DNA from: Callorhinchus milii
Taxonomy: Eukaryota
Length of the DNA: 64,000 bases
NCBI RefSeq assembly: GCF_018977255.1
Contig: NW_024704750.1
Span: 12,648,001-12,712,000, forward strand
Reading direction: 5' to 3'
Part shown: positions 12,135 through 25,991 of the stretch, one piece after another
How positions within the stretch are numbered: position 1 is the first letter of the stretch
Layout of the letters: every line of letters starts with the position of its first letter
Translations under genes and position numbers: made by a program
The notes under the pieces: generated by a model
The model's input: only the letters and a program-made list of their open reading frames with translations
What the model was told of the DNA's origin: nothing
Database searches by the model: none

Positions 12135-13323
12135 TAACAAGGACTTAAGAAATCAATGAACAGTTTGACGGGAAACATTTAAGATTCTCCTGTTTTAAGA
12201 TAACTGTAAACTGATGAAATAAAAACAATCACATGAAGAATATTCCCCCCCCCACCCATTTCCTGAAATTGAAAATATACATTAACTCAAATTTAGATTA
12301 AAAGTCAAACACTAAAGTGGAAAAGTACGTTGTGTGTAGAGTTGATCTTACTGTAAGATCTGGAATATAAATCATATATATGAAGTGTTCCCCCTTTTGT
12401 GTAGTTGCATTGATCTATAAATCACTCCTTTAGTTTTAGAGACAGCAAAAACACTGTTCTGAAAACACTTCTTAAATGATTTTACTGTAATCTTAATGTT
12501 ATACATTGCAGTGAAGTGAAATGGCTGTGCGGAGAAAATGTTTTATCTTAATTTAGCAGATTTGTTCTTATCAGAATTGATATTAAATGCAATTCAGTGT
12601 TTTATATAAGAATTAACAGTAAATTCACGTTTATAATTTGGTGAAGGATAATATAAACATTCTTAGACTTTGATTGAAGGCTATATGTTGTCCTCTTTCA
12701 CAATCCCCAGCTGATTATCTGTGTATTCTTTGACGTCAAAGTGATTGAGTTTTGTTTCATTTAATCACTAACCATTAAGTATTAAATAATTAAGCAACAT
12801 TTTTAGATTTTTTTTTACAAATTTTCCAATACTGACAGCCACAGTTGCCTTCTTTTATTTTGACATCTTATGAGATTTAAAAAATGTTGGCTGAAAGCAA
12901 GTCATTTATGAAGCTTTGACAATAATCAGTTTTGATAGACCTTTCAAAATGTATCACATTTGGAAGTTACTGTGCATATAGGGAATTCTATTTTTTTATT
13001 GAGCCAGAAAAGCACATTTGTATAGATTTCTGAAAGAAGATTACTGAGTGCGATTGGTCAGCTAATGCCAATTAGAGCTGAATTCTGAACAGTTTTTGTG
13101 CTGTAGACGTTTATGTCACTTAAGCGCAGGATTGATACTCAAAATCATTCTACTTGAGACCTTTTAGAAAAGTGATCTTCAATCGTACCTCTGAGGGATA
13201 GATTGGAACTCAGATGACAGAGCAAAATAACTATCCCAACTTAATGTACCATAAAGTTCTTTCAATAATACAGGTTTCAATGAGCAGTGCATGGTATAAT
13301 TAGCTGTTTTATACCATAACCTT

Positions 13324-13679
13324 ATAATAATAATCCTTGTATTTGATATAGCGCTTTTCACGTCTTCTAGACGTCTCAAAGTGCTTCACAGAATATACTA
13401 TAAAGTGAATTGACTGTATATTTGTGGGTGAAACAAGGCAGCCAATTGCACACAGCAGTGTCCCACAAACAGTCATGGATTGAGTGATTACATTTTTTTT
13501 AAGGGATTATTATCTCCGGAAAAGCAATCCGCCAATCAACTGACAACCGGGTTCCTACTTACTGTTAGGTAAACAAAGACGTGTGGAGAAGGAAACTTGC
13601 CCAACATTTCACCTGCCGGGAATTGAACCTAGGACTCTCGTTTGCGAGGCAAGTGCTCTAACCACTGAGCTACAGGATT
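13324..13679 (-). mobile_element. Full-length tRNA-SINE, long subfamily
   Basis: Tail, central motif, a ~65-bp internal segment (aagcaatccgccaatcaactgacaaccgggttcctacttactg) and tRNA head ...tctaaccactgagctacagga. Confidence 0.92.
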
Positions 13680-14980
13680 ACACACAATTTACATACTCTT
13701 TAGACTTTTTTGTTTGTAGATGCTTAACGTATCTGTTTTTCTGTTATTATACCCAAATTTGCTTTAAATCTATGTCCTAAAACTAAGCAATTTAGTGTTG
13801 AATAAGGAAGTAAAGAATACAGCGCTTGTAATATTTCAGAATTTTTAATTATATTTAATATATTTCCTCCAGAACATTTGCAAACTTAAGCAAACTAGTA
13901 AAGCAATAAAGTAACATTTCTCAGATTTGATTAAAATTCTATTTTATAAATAGTTGCGACTTGAAATCTCATAGGCTAAAATAACAAACTACAATAATAG
14001 TGAATCATTTCTGTTATTTATTAATCCCCCCCCCCCACCCCAATTCAGAATATGACTGGCAACGGTTTAGGGATGCTCCAGATTCTGAGCTCACACAGAT
14101 TATGGTAGTGTTTTTCTCCTAGGAAATGATTTCCATGGCGAGTCCATCCTCTGTTGATAAGGATAATCTTCAACTTTACAAGTAAATAAGACCTTCTTCA
14201 ATGCAGAAAATCGTATTTTTCTCACAGTGGAAGATTTCAAAGCATCTAGAATTTGGCAAATTCTTTAATATAGTTTTAATTTGAAGTCAGCTTTAAGGAC
14301 TACAGAAATCCTGCTTCAGAGTTAATACATTATTTTACATTAAAGTCAAAATTTACATTAAAGTTAAGAATGACTTCAGCATTCCACCATATTGTGCACA
14401 CTGAAATGTTAAGAAAATAGGGAAAATGTGGATCCAGATGGAATTTCTTCCCAATAGGTTGAGAGCGAAGAGTTTCACAACTGTATGTAATCAGGAGCAA
14501 GCAACACAAAAGCTTGCACTGCTGTTTGTTAGGAATGTTTGTTCTCTCATGTTTTTCACCTGAATTATTTGAGGCATTGTAACGTTATGTGTGGTTGAAG
14601 CTGTATTAAAGCGATTGAAAAAGCTGTAGGTGCATTAGAGTGACGCGAGTTCCAATTGTTTTGTAGTACTCCAAGAAGATTACCTGACCTAACCTAGCTA
14701 TAAATGTGCCAGCCAGCATTCAAGCTGGTGTGCTGTGTACCATGATGTAAATACAGAATGCCTGTGAATGTCTAGCTTCTATAAACCTAAAATGTTTTTG
14801 TATCTTGTTGCTTCCATGCACTGGTATTAAAGTTTAATTTGCTTTAGTCGGACACACTTTCCCAAGTAGTGTTCAGGGACCTTCTTTTTAATTTGTTGAC
14901 TTTGTGCAGAAAAAACGCATCATGCCCCAACTTATTGTACTGTAATAACAGTCCATCTACACATATCTATGTGATGATTT

Positions 14981-15302
14981 GTGGAGTCCTGTAGCTCAGT
15001 GGTTAGAGCACTCGCTTTGCAATCGAGAGACCTGAGTTCAATTCCAGGCAGGGCGAAACTTTGGGCAAGTTTCCTTACTCCACACGCCTAATAATAATCC
15101 CTCCAAAAACAATAATAAATTGGTCATTTTCAATCTACGACTGTTTGTGGGACATTGCTGTGCGCAATTGGCTGCCGCGTTCGCCCACAACTATAGTCAA
15201 TTCACTTTACAGTGTGTTCTGTGAAGCGCTTTGGGACGTCCTCCCGACGTGAAAAGCGCTATATCAAATGCAAGGATTATTATTATTATTATTATTATTA
15301 TA
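14981..15302 (+). mobile_element. Full-length young tRNA-SINE, short subfamily
   Basis: Starts gtggagtcctgtagctcagtggttagagcac, is nearly identical to 1419-1735 and has a long (TTA)n tail. Confidence 0.93.
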
Positions 15303-15674
15303 GTCCTCAACACCAGCAATCTGTCCAAATTAGAATATAAATGTCATGATTTGAATCTCTTCAGACATTATATGCTGAATGAACAACACTCTTCTGAATT
15401 ATAAAGTAAGTCAACCTCTTTTGAAACTGAGTATGGTTGAGCATCTTACTATATGTTGCTATTCTGGGGCACGCTTTGGTAAGATAACAGCAGCTTAGTT
15501 CCTAACCCATTTAATTCATTAGCAAGACTGTGTAAGTGTCCAATTCCATACACTATGCCCTATATGTTGGAAGATAAATCTTCACAGGTTAAAACTATGC
15601 TTGAGCCAGTATTGACCCTGCAAACACAGCCATGTTTTTGTATCCTGTTAACTTATTCCAACATTATTATAATA

Positions 15675-15928
15675 ATCAATTTGTGGCTGAAACTCAGCAG
15701 CCAGTTTGTGCCTCACAAACATCCATGGAATGAGGTGACCAATTTTATTTGGGGGATTGTTGGCCAAGAGACCAGGAGAAACTCCCTTCTGTTTCAATGC
15801 AACACCCTCCACCAGCATTGCATTGGAGTGTCAACTTAGTCTATGGAATTCCAAGTTCCAACGTGGGGTTTGAACCCACAACCTTCTGATTCAGAGACGA
15901 GAGTGCTACTACTGTACCAGACTGACAC
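15675..15928 (-). mobile_element. Old DeuSINE copy, internally deleted
   Basis: Head ...ggtttgaacccacaaccttctgattcagagacgagagtgctact...gactgacac plus the Deu-type motif ttggccaagagaccaggagaaactccc. Confidence 0.75.
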
Positions 15929-17321
15929 ACTAATTAGACGACTGTATTGGTTTGTGGAAATGGATAAAATCAACAAACTTTTAGAAAACCGTGTCATTTC
16001 TCTACTTAATACTTAATCTGGAATTTACATACAAAAGGTCTTAACATTTTATGCAGCTCTGATACAATAAAAAGTTGTCTTCACAATTCCATCTTAGTTT
16101 GTCATTTTATCAAGTATATTAAAAAAAGGGAAAATATTCAAGGGAACAAAGCTATGCCTGAATTTAAATGCGTACTCGCAAAATCGGCAGTAGATAATAA
16201 TGTCAATATTCAGACTTTATTTTCTTCGTTAATTAGATTTCTTTGTTTGCACATTGTAACTGTGAAGAGCACTTTTTTAATGTAAGCAATGTAAATTATT
16301 CTTCAATCATACCTTGTGGCTGAAGGGTAATAAAGGCATCAGCTGAGCAAAACAATTCTGTTCAGTTTGTTGAGTGATACTAAACAAATAATCAGTCAGA
16401 TCAGTGAGGCATTTTGCACTGGCCAGCAGCAGAATATGTGAAATTGTAGCATTTAAAATTAACACCGGTCTGCTGGCCTGAGGCCAGTAAAGCTAGCTTG
16501 CTTGAACAGTAAAGTGCTCAAGTGCAAAACACAAAGTCTGTTTTGCATAATCTTTTGTTTTGGGTGAGTTTTGCTAACAATTGCACAATGTATTCGCCAA
16601 AATCAAACCTCAGACAATCGCATAATTCATTCTGCAAAACTGGTTCTAAAACAGATGTTAACCACTGATTTAAATGGTGCTTATTAAAAGATTTGGTTAA
16701 ACAAATATCAGTTTAGTGATTGAATTGTACTGAACATCGATAGGTCAACTTCATATGCAGGACATATAATTATGGTGATGTGCAATGATGGAGATTTGGT
16801 GAGTTAATCCTTGCAGTTAATATAGTGCCTATAACATGAAAATGTCTCCATTGCTTCATAGGCAATTGCTGTCAAATTATTGGATAATGCTGCCCATTAC
16901 CTATTAAATGGATTGTTTGTTTGTCATAATAAAATTACTAAAGAAATGTTTCTTCGAAACCTAGTGGGAAAAAAATCTAGTAAAAAAGCTTTCATTATAG
17001 TAAAACCCGTTTAATGGACTTCAATTTCTTCCCATTTAGCTGGGACTACCATTTTATAATTCAGTCTTCAACCTGCTAGATCATACCATGATATATTCTG
17101 TGAGCCAGGACTGTAATCCTCTTTATTTTAACTCTTAGGACATCGCTGATAGGTTTACTGATCGAAATGCCTGATCATTTGTGGGAGACCAATGAATTAG
17201 TTGGCTATTCATTCATTGGCACCTCTTCATGTTTTGCATAAAACTAGTAGGGAGATTAACCTGCTTATAGCCAGCACATTAATTGGTCAATTTCCATTCT
17301 TTTGACTGCAGACTGGCTGAA

Positions 17322-17722
17322 AATAATAATAAATATAATAATAATCCGTGGATTTGATATAGTGCCTTATCATGTCTTCAAGATGTCTCAAAATGCTTCA
17401 CAGAATATAGTGTAAAGTGAATTGACTATGTATTTTGTGGGCAAAACGCAGCAGCCAATTGCGCACAGCAGTGTCCACAAACAGTCGTGGATTGAGTGAT
17501 CAAATTATTATCCAAAAAAATTTCAGTCGTGGATTGAGTCATCAAATTATTATTAAAAAAATTATTACCCCCTGGAAAAGCAATCTGCCAGTCGACTAAA
17601 AACTGTGTTCCTACTTACTGCTGGGTAAACAGAGGCATGTGGGGTAAGGAAACTTGCCCAACATTTCACCTTGCCTGAAACCCAGATTCTCTCACTTGCA
17701 AGTGGTCTAAACAGGACTCCAC
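17322..17722 (-). mobile_element. tRNA-SINE, long subfamily, with an internal ~42-bp tandem duplication
   Basis: Tail, central motif, internal segment and head end (caggactccac). cagtcgtggattgagt.atcaaattattat occurs twice, at 17482 and 17524. Confidence 0.9.
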
Positions 17723-17985
17723 ATGAAGCCATGAAGTGGAAGCGCCAGGTTTTGAACTCGAAACATTTGAAATAAATTAAAAATAAATGCTTAAAACACA
17801 CACACGTATACACATAAATTCTATGTAAATAATTTATCTCTGGTAAACTGTTCGTACCTCCCAATCCCAGATTCGACTGTGAGAGTTTGAATAGGAAGCA
17901 GAAACTAAGAAAAGTTTTAGAAATAATTATAGAATGTTTTATCTCATTTTTTTCAATATTTTAAAATAAAAATCTGTAAAAATAC

Positions 17986-18177
17986 TGTGTGCAAATTGGC
18001 TACTGCGATAGACTACAAAATACACAGTCACTAAATTTTCAGTAAATCCTATGAAGGACTTTGAGACATTCTCCCAACATGAAAGGCAACAGCAATAACA
18101 ACAAATTACACTTATATAGCACCCTTCATGTTGGAAAGACATCCCAGGGCAACATATTAAATGCAAGGATTATTATT
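17986..18177 (+). mobile_element. SINE 3' fragment interrupted by an antisense L2 tail (18092-18147)
   Basis: tgtgtgcaaattggct...tttgagacattctcccaacatgaaaggc, then the reverse-complement L2 end acaacaaattacacttatatagcacccttcatgttggaaagacatccca, then the SINE resumes with aaatgcaaggattattatt. Confidence 0.75.
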
Positions 18178-19075
18178 GAAGTTACTTTCATCATTTCGCT
18201 ACGTGTGCTAAAATCGTACAGAACCAGCTGACACCAAAAAAACAGTTATTTCCCTAGAGCTGCTGGCAGATTGAAGGTTAAAAAGTAATAGTTTATAATG
18301 TCACTGGTAAACATACTATTTATTATGTTTTTGAGGAATTGTTCTAATTGTTAGCACTTATTCCTGAGATTCATATTATCTACTGCTGTGTTTATGCTGC
18401 TAGAAGCAAACCCTGGTTTATATTTGCTGCTGTTCATCCTATTTGGTCGAGGATGTCCGAAAACTAAATCCAGTATCAGAGTTCTGCATATGCCCGATAC
18501 AAATGTCAAAACTGGGTCCATTTAAACTTCTTGAGCAGTGGACCAGCTGAGAATATTCAGTGTACCACAGGGGAGTGAGCCAAGTGCAATTCACATCTGC
18601 TGTGTTTATACAGCAATGAGTGTAAATCATACAGCTCCTGAAACCAACCCCTCCAGGTCATGTCTAATTCATGCTGACTTAGACTCAACTTATACTGCAT
18701 AGTTACCAGTAAATTGCAGCTATAATTCAACACCAAAAAGTGTAGAATAAAACTGCATATGAGAACATGTCATCGAATCGGCAGGAATAATCCTACAAAT
18801 AGTCTTCAACTCAACCTCAGAAAAGTGCCCTTCTCCATTCTCTATTTCTTTTTAGATTTTAACCTTTTAGAGATGTTCCTGTTCAATCAGACGAAACATA
18901 AACCAGGTTTCATGTCAGCACTCGAGGAGATCGAGACTGTCAGAAATCAACTTGCCTGTGGTACTTAACGATTATCAGTGAGAAACCACTTTTATGTTCT
19001 TGTCCCTGAGCTAGAATGTAGTTTCGGACTCATAGGTTTTAGGGAATTGATTAATACTGTATCAGTTTTGCTTGC

Positions 19076-19495
19076 GTGTCAGCCTGGCTCAATCGCTGGC
19101 ACCATTGTCTCTGAGTCAGAAGGTTGTGAGTTCAAGCTCTATGTCTCGGCTGACACGCCAGTGCAGTCCTGGAGGGGAGGCTGCATTGTTGAAAGTGCCG
19201 TGCTTCAGATCAGAAGTTAAACCAAGGTCACTTCTATCTGTTCAAGTGGATGTTAAGAAACCCCTGGCATTAGTTGAAAATACAAGGGAATTTCTCTTGG
19301 TATCCTGGTCAACAATTCCCCTAAATAAGATGTGTTTATTTGCTGCATGGCTGTATGTGGGTCATTGCTGGCTGCTGCATTTGCCTACAAAATACACAGT
19401 CACTATGCTTTACAGTATATCTAACCTACGATGTGCTTTGAGATATCCTCGCTACGTGAAATGCGCAGTATCAAATGCAAGAATTGTTCATTGTT
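19076..19495 (+). mobile_element. Old full-length DeuSINE (AmnSINE1/SacSINE1 superfamily)
   Basis: tRNA-like head, then the Deu domain gctgacacgccagtgcagtcctgga...gtgccgtgcttcagat...gttaaaccaagg...gtggatgttaa...cctggtcaacaattccc, then an L2-type tail. Confidence 0.82.
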
Positions 19496-21434
19496 ACTAG
19501 CTTAGCTAACATCCATGTAATTCAAAATATATTTCACTTGCTACCAGGAGGAAAACAAAACAGTTGGTCAGAAAGAGATTTATAGTTGTGAGTACTTCTG
19601 GGGAACTGTCTGAAATATCAATGCAACCATCTGACAAAGGGAATAAAAACTGAATCTTTAAACGTAGGATTGGATTTTGTAGATAATTTCCTATATCTTC
19701 AACCAAGTTTGGAATTCTGGAGGGAGAAAGGCAGACCACTTTTGAATGCACATCAAATTTCTTTAACCAAATGCTATAACATTTGTAATTGTTGCTGATG
19801 TAATTTACACATGAAAGTCAACATTAAAGTTACGCTTCACATGGAATATATTTGGCCAAGATCCTCTGCAAGGCAAACATTTAAATGACGGTATAGGAGG
19901 ATGTTAGATTCTCGGGCAAGGGGGAAATAGCATCATCACTGGTCATGCACAAAGACAGAGGAACAGCTGTTTCTTTACTGTAATATTAATTCCAAAGATA
20001 GCAATAATAAAATATTCTAAATGTACAAATTCTGCCTTTCTATTGTCTCTTTCCCCCAACTATTTTCTGTTACTTTTAGTTTGATTGTTTGTAGTACAAA
20101 AACCACTGAAGAACCGGCAAAAATGTATGTTCTACTTTAGCAAAAAATGCTTCCGTACATGTATTTAGTCTAGTAACACCCAGTTGTATATTGATAAATC
20201 CCTTGCATAATATGCAATGAAGACCTTTCATCAGTGGAGTTGTAAAAGTTGTTCCTTATAGTTATTTAGCTAGGAAGACGGCTGCAAAGCCCAATATAAT
20301 AGATTAAATTTATCAATTGAAATGTAGAAGACTGTGAACACAAGATTCTCACTGCATGAATTAATTTTTGTAAGTCTTTTCATAAAGACTTTATGAACAG
20401 TATTTCCACAATTCGTCTTCTGCAAATTTGACACTGGCTGGACAGTTCTGGTTTGACCATTATGATCAGTTAACACCACTGATTACAGCACAACTAAAAC
20501 CTGGATCACTTGCATGTTATAATTATCCAGTTAGATAGAGGAAAAAGTCATGAAGCAAAATCATGCAAGTTAAACCATTATATAGAAATAATTAGTAACA
20601 TTTTTAAAGAGAGAGTTGTGTGATTTATGCTATGACTACTGTATTTGTGTAAATACAAAATTGCTGTATTGTGGTTTATTATCTCACTTACCGCTGCCTT
20701 GACCCCAGTCATCATAAATTGAGGAATAGTGGGGATGTAATGGAGACAGATGGGAATATGGCATGCCATTTACTGAAATTGGTAAAGTAATTAACCTCGA
20801 GGTGCTGGCTTGCAAGAAAAAATTGTTGGAATATCTCAAGGTGCCGAATAAACAGACTTGTGCTTTAACCAATTCTGACAACTGTATCATAAACTAGACT
20901 CATTCAGCTGAATTGACCTGTCAACTTCTCAAGACCAAATAAAGATTTGTAATAAAATGTTCAAGCGTAGAAGTGTGAAAACAGTGCAATTTCTTTGAAG
21001 TGGTTTACTGTTTGTACCAGATTGGAGTGAGCATGATATATATTCTGTCTATTGTTGTTATATTCTTAGAAATGTTCAGTTTTTGGTGATTGTGTGACAG
21101 CTTTGATACAACAGATGGTAGTTATTTGGCTAGAGAGGAAGAAATGGAAAGCAAGGACTGGGTTGCCCAAGCTCATTTAGAACTAAGGTGGACACGAGCC
21201 AGATCTGTATTTTGTTATCTAGGGACTTCTTGTAATTCAGTAAAGGCTTGTGTTTCTCATACTGGCAAATGGTGGATTGAATTATCTTTAAATTGTTAGA
21301 TTTGGTGAAAATTGCTGATACATCAGAAAAAAATATTGACGTGTGTTACATTACAAAGCAGAGATTTACAGTTGTCTGCGGTTAAATATCTATATAATAC
21401 AGGTGCTTGTTTAGGCAATGGGCACTAAAATTAT

Positions 21435-21538
21435 TTGCTACAAATATAAAGTCATTACACACAGTAAGGGTCGTGAAGCCCTTTCAGTCATCTCGATGAT
21501 ATGCTAAATCACAACATCAAATGCAAGAAATATTATTA
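21435..21538 (+). mobile_element. Degenerate SINE 3' tail
   Basis: gtgaagccctttcagtcatc...catcaaatgcaagaaatattatta. Confidence 0.5.
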
Positions 21539-24500
21539 AGTGCCCTACAACAATAGTACCTCTCTTCTTCTGTGATTTTCTTTGTTTCAAAACTGTTGGC
21601 TAGATTCCTTCTTGTATATTAATTATTTTCATACCTTGTGTCTGGACAGTATACAAAGTACTAGCACACAGCACACAGGGAAGAGGAGAAAGAACTGTAG
21701 TGAAAATGCAGTCTTCTACCAACAGTTCAGCTTCCCTCGTGGTTGTGATTATAATCACAATCACTCCAAATGCAGACTTTAGGTCAGTTCAAAGTGAATT
21801 GGAAAAAAATGATAGTCCCAGTCTCTTACTGTCTCATTCATGATTCCCCTTTATTATTTACTGCTTTACTATAAGTTATGGACTTAATGATGGCAATGCC
21901 TTGGTGTAGCATGTTGTAGCGTTAGCACACTAGGCCAAGGATGGTGGGATACAGGTTCAATTACCCAGTTCTAATCTCAGCTTTGCCCTGTGGACGGGTG
22001 ATGAGCAAATGATAGGCATGTTTCACAGGGAAGAAGGCTGAAAGCTAATAGACTATTATCAGAATGTGTCCTTGAGGAAGATGGTGATATTTTTAATGTC
22101 TGTCATGTGTCATGATGTCTGGTGGCATATTAGTGAATTTTGATATTACAACAAACAGTAGTATTAATCAACCTTTATGCAGAATTTAGACTGGATCTGC
22201 TTGTATCTGGATTTGTTTGCTTTCTGCATGTGAATTCTGTAAACATCAGTTTGGAAACTTGTAAGCAGAACAGAATCAATTCAGCACTCAAGTGACTCTT
22301 CACAAGATGTGCACTAACTTATCTCAGTGCAGTTTCCCATAAGTACATTAACCATTTGCTAACATGAATTCAAAGACACTCTACCCAAGAACGTGAGCTT
22401 AGAAACACATTTTGTGATAGTTCAACATTGAGTAAAAATATTGAAAAATGTAACCACATTGGATTTGCAGTATGATAGGACAACTCGGATGTTATTAAGA
22501 TTGTGACTAGGATTATTTCTCAGCAGTGGTTTGAGAATACTGCATACGTATGTTTTCACAGTTACCTTACACACACACCTGTCAATGAATGAACATTTTC
22601 ACCGGACAATCGCATTTGTTATATTGATCCTCTCTCCACTTGATAGTCAATGAGAAGTTTGTGGTGCAGGTTTAATTCAGTTCTGGGTTCCTTTTGTTTT
22701 TACCAATAGTGGTACAAATAAGAGATGGTGGAGGCTAGCTATGTGATAGCTACATAATGACATCCACATTGAAAAGGTTAGCAATGCCAGTGATAGCAGT
22801 TTATTACTAGGAAATAACAGCGTCAGTATATATATCATCAAAACTGTTCAAATCTAGTCATGCAAAACACGAGAAATGTAAACAAATGGCAAGATCCAAT
22901 TCCAGATAGAAGAAAATGAATGAAGGGCGTTGATAGAACAGGAAACTTCAATTTGGTACACTTCTTTAGCTTCGTACATATCTATAAATACTACAATGGA
23001 TTTAAAAAGAAATCGGTGGCAGTGGCAGCCATCCTTGCATTAAAGAAATGATTATAAAGGTTGTGTGACTTTTTAAACAATGCAATAGTGACTGTATTCT
23101 ATTGCGTGACTTTAGACATGAAAAATCTCTCTGCATTACAGGAATCGCAGCCATTATACAGAAATTAATTTAGTCCAAGAAGGTCACATGACATATTGTA
23201 CATTTAAAGAAAAGCTGATATGTGGAGAAGAATGAGCTCATCTGACTTTAATGAGAAAAGAATTTCCTCGGAGAGAATCTTTACATCTTTGAGTTCTTTA
23301 CAGCATCTGCTACACGCAGACAGATTGGTTTTGTAAGATGAATGTGGACTTCTCTTAATATTTTGGATATGTTTAAGACTTATGTATTAAGGACTTAAAA
23401 ACATCACATGTAGAACGGGGTAAAATATGGAAGAATCTATTGCAAGAATGTATAGTGTGTTTGTACTTTAAGATTTGTATTAATGGAATATGGATGAAAT
23501 TAATTTGTAATAGTGCTGGTTAAATAAGCATTGAAGCAGCATTGCTAAAATCACTAGTACTTTGTCTGCTTTTGGCTGGTTTTTAGCAGTACAACTAATA
23601 ATCAGATATTTCAATAAAATGATCTCAGCATTCATAAACTAATTTGTTGCCTTCACTGAGTGAGTTCTTCATACTGAAAGCAAGCACAGATATTAATTTT
23701 GGACCTGCTTCAATATGTCAAATTAATTAATAAATTGTGTGAAGTGCTCCTAGGCTAACTTTTCATAATGACTTTGTTGCAAAAGTGTGATTAACCTGTC
23801 CCGCAACAATAGGTTGATGCCAGTACACACTATACAGATGGAAGATGGGAAACGTATTTAAATTGTTATTTTCATAGCAGATATATTGTATGCTTGACAT
23901 TACATTTATGTAGAAACCAAGGTAATTTATTGTGCTGTAACCTTGTTAATGATATGAAGGTTGTGTGGGGGTTTCTCTTAACACATTCCAAATCCCAAGG
24001 TCTAAAATAGAGATCTAGCAAACATTTAGCTCTCAATAATGAAACCCACCATGGTTTGAGTGGGAGTGAGTTAATTAAGAAATGTGCACTACCTTTTACA
24101 AATCAAAATTCACTGAAGCAGGGCCTAATTAAGTTTAAAAATACATTTCCTGATGAGCATTGAAAACGTGTTTGTGCAATTTTGATAAAACCTATTAATC
24201 TGTTTTTTTTATTTAAAGCTGCAATGCTCTATAAATTAAGAATCTTTGGTGCACTAAAAATCATGTTTGGAACATAATTGATTCGCATACATGCAGTGTT
24301 CACAAATTATACTGATATTGATCCTGCACCAGCAGATTGTTCCAACCACACAGTCAGGAACTAGTATTATAGGATTAATGATTGCATAATTTGTAAACTC
24401 TAGGCATATGTGAGATCTCAATCTTTATATCAAAATCAAAATATCTCAGATGCAAACTGCTTACAAAGGCTATCTTGATGCTTAACTGCTTAAGATCCAA

Positions 24501-25740
24501 ATTTATTTGGCACTATATGTACCAATACGGGTATTTCTCAATGTTTAAATCAAAGGAGAAAAGACAAAATAGAGGGTGGACATTAAAATGACATGAATGG
24601 AGATCTACAATATTTCTTTACATCACTAAAAATTAATATGAAAGTAATAATAAAATTTTTAAAAATGCAAAAAGGGATGAGGAGTGCTGTACAGGCCCAG
24701 CGATAGCTGGCACAAAGCCTGTTATGGGGAAGAATGAGTTTCAACACTGGCATCAACATTCAGGAGCAGGAAAAGAAGCCAACCCCAAATTCAGTTCAAT
24801 TGCAGAAAGATGAGGAGGAAATAAGTCGATGGTTTGCTCTCGGAATCCTCTTCTAGATGGAAAATCTAATGTGACAGGTCTGCATGAGCTGATTTTTAAC
24901 CTCACACATGTGAATGTCTGCTCTCAGTGACGAAACATAATAAATAATCTTTTTTAACTGGTTTATGAGGAGAGCACTTTGCCTTGAAAGTTTTCCTTCC
25001 TCCCCAGAGTGCGATTCTCCTTTAAAGCTACCAATGGAATGGCTTTGACTCTGGAGCCTCCATTTACACTTAATAGAAATTTAAGAGGTAATTTGTGGAA
25101 AAACACGAGTGTCAATCCCTTAATTTTTCTTTAATACTTTAATCTTCTTGGGGACATAAGAGGTGGTTATTCATTCTGGTGGTAATTTTAATGGCCACCT
25201 AAAGCCATGCAGATAATGGCCCAACCTGATGTAAAAAAACGCACGTTGGTAGTAGTATGCTGCTTTCATTTCAAAAGTTGAACAAGACAGTTACATTTTG
25301 GTGGATTAGCAAAAGGAATTAAGCCAATTATTGTGGAATGGATCTGAATAACTTTTGCCAGACAGTAATTCCCAAATCATTACATGGGCTACTACATAGC
25401 TTTAATTTTTAGTCATTCAGTTCTGGCCTTGATGGTTTTTTTCAATGCTCAATATAATTGCAAAATTGTGACTGCACTGTATTGATTCGAAAGGAAACAT
25501 CACCCATTATATAGAGCATTGTGAATCACTGTTTTGAACCATACTTTATTTAGTACAAACGACACATCTCATTGCAACTGGCACATTATTTTGAATGCAC
25601 ACTTAATGAATGAATATTTTGTATGTCCTATGCAGATGGTTGCGTTGCTGGTGAAGAATTCAGGCAGAACTGTTATTTTACTACACAACTAATTTAAGCT
25701 TACTGAACATCTGAAACTTTAGGGTATATGCTTTGCCATC

Positions 25741-25824
25741 TCTGGGTCCTAATCCCTGACTGTTCAGCGCTTTGGGACTTCCTCCCAACGTGAAAGGGGC
25801 TTTACAAATGTAATTTTGTATTGT
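25741..25824 (+). mobile_element. Short L2 3' tail
   Basis: ccctgactgttcagcgctttgggacttcctcccaacgtgaaagg...acaaatgtaattttgt matches 34800-34865. Confidence 0.8.
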
Positions 25825-25899
25825 ATCTGAAATTATTTGGATCTTAAATCTTGATTTAACTTTCGAATCTTCTGAGCAGCCAGAGTGGAGAATAGGAAG

Positions 25900-25991
25900 G
25901 TGGGAGGCTCATGTGGGGTATAAACACCAGCGTAGCCAAGTCGGGCCGAATTAACAGTTTCCATGCTGTAACCTTCTATGTAATTCTATGT
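25900..25991 (+). mobile_element. CR1-like LINE 3' end
   Basis: ggctcatgtggggtataaacaccagc...gggccgaat...ccatgctgta, ending in the CR1-type octamer repeat ttctatgtaattctatgt. Confidence 0.65.

Noticed and set aside
19072-19500. 142-aa ORF
   Set aside because: Coincides with a DeuSINE copy and has no protein motif.
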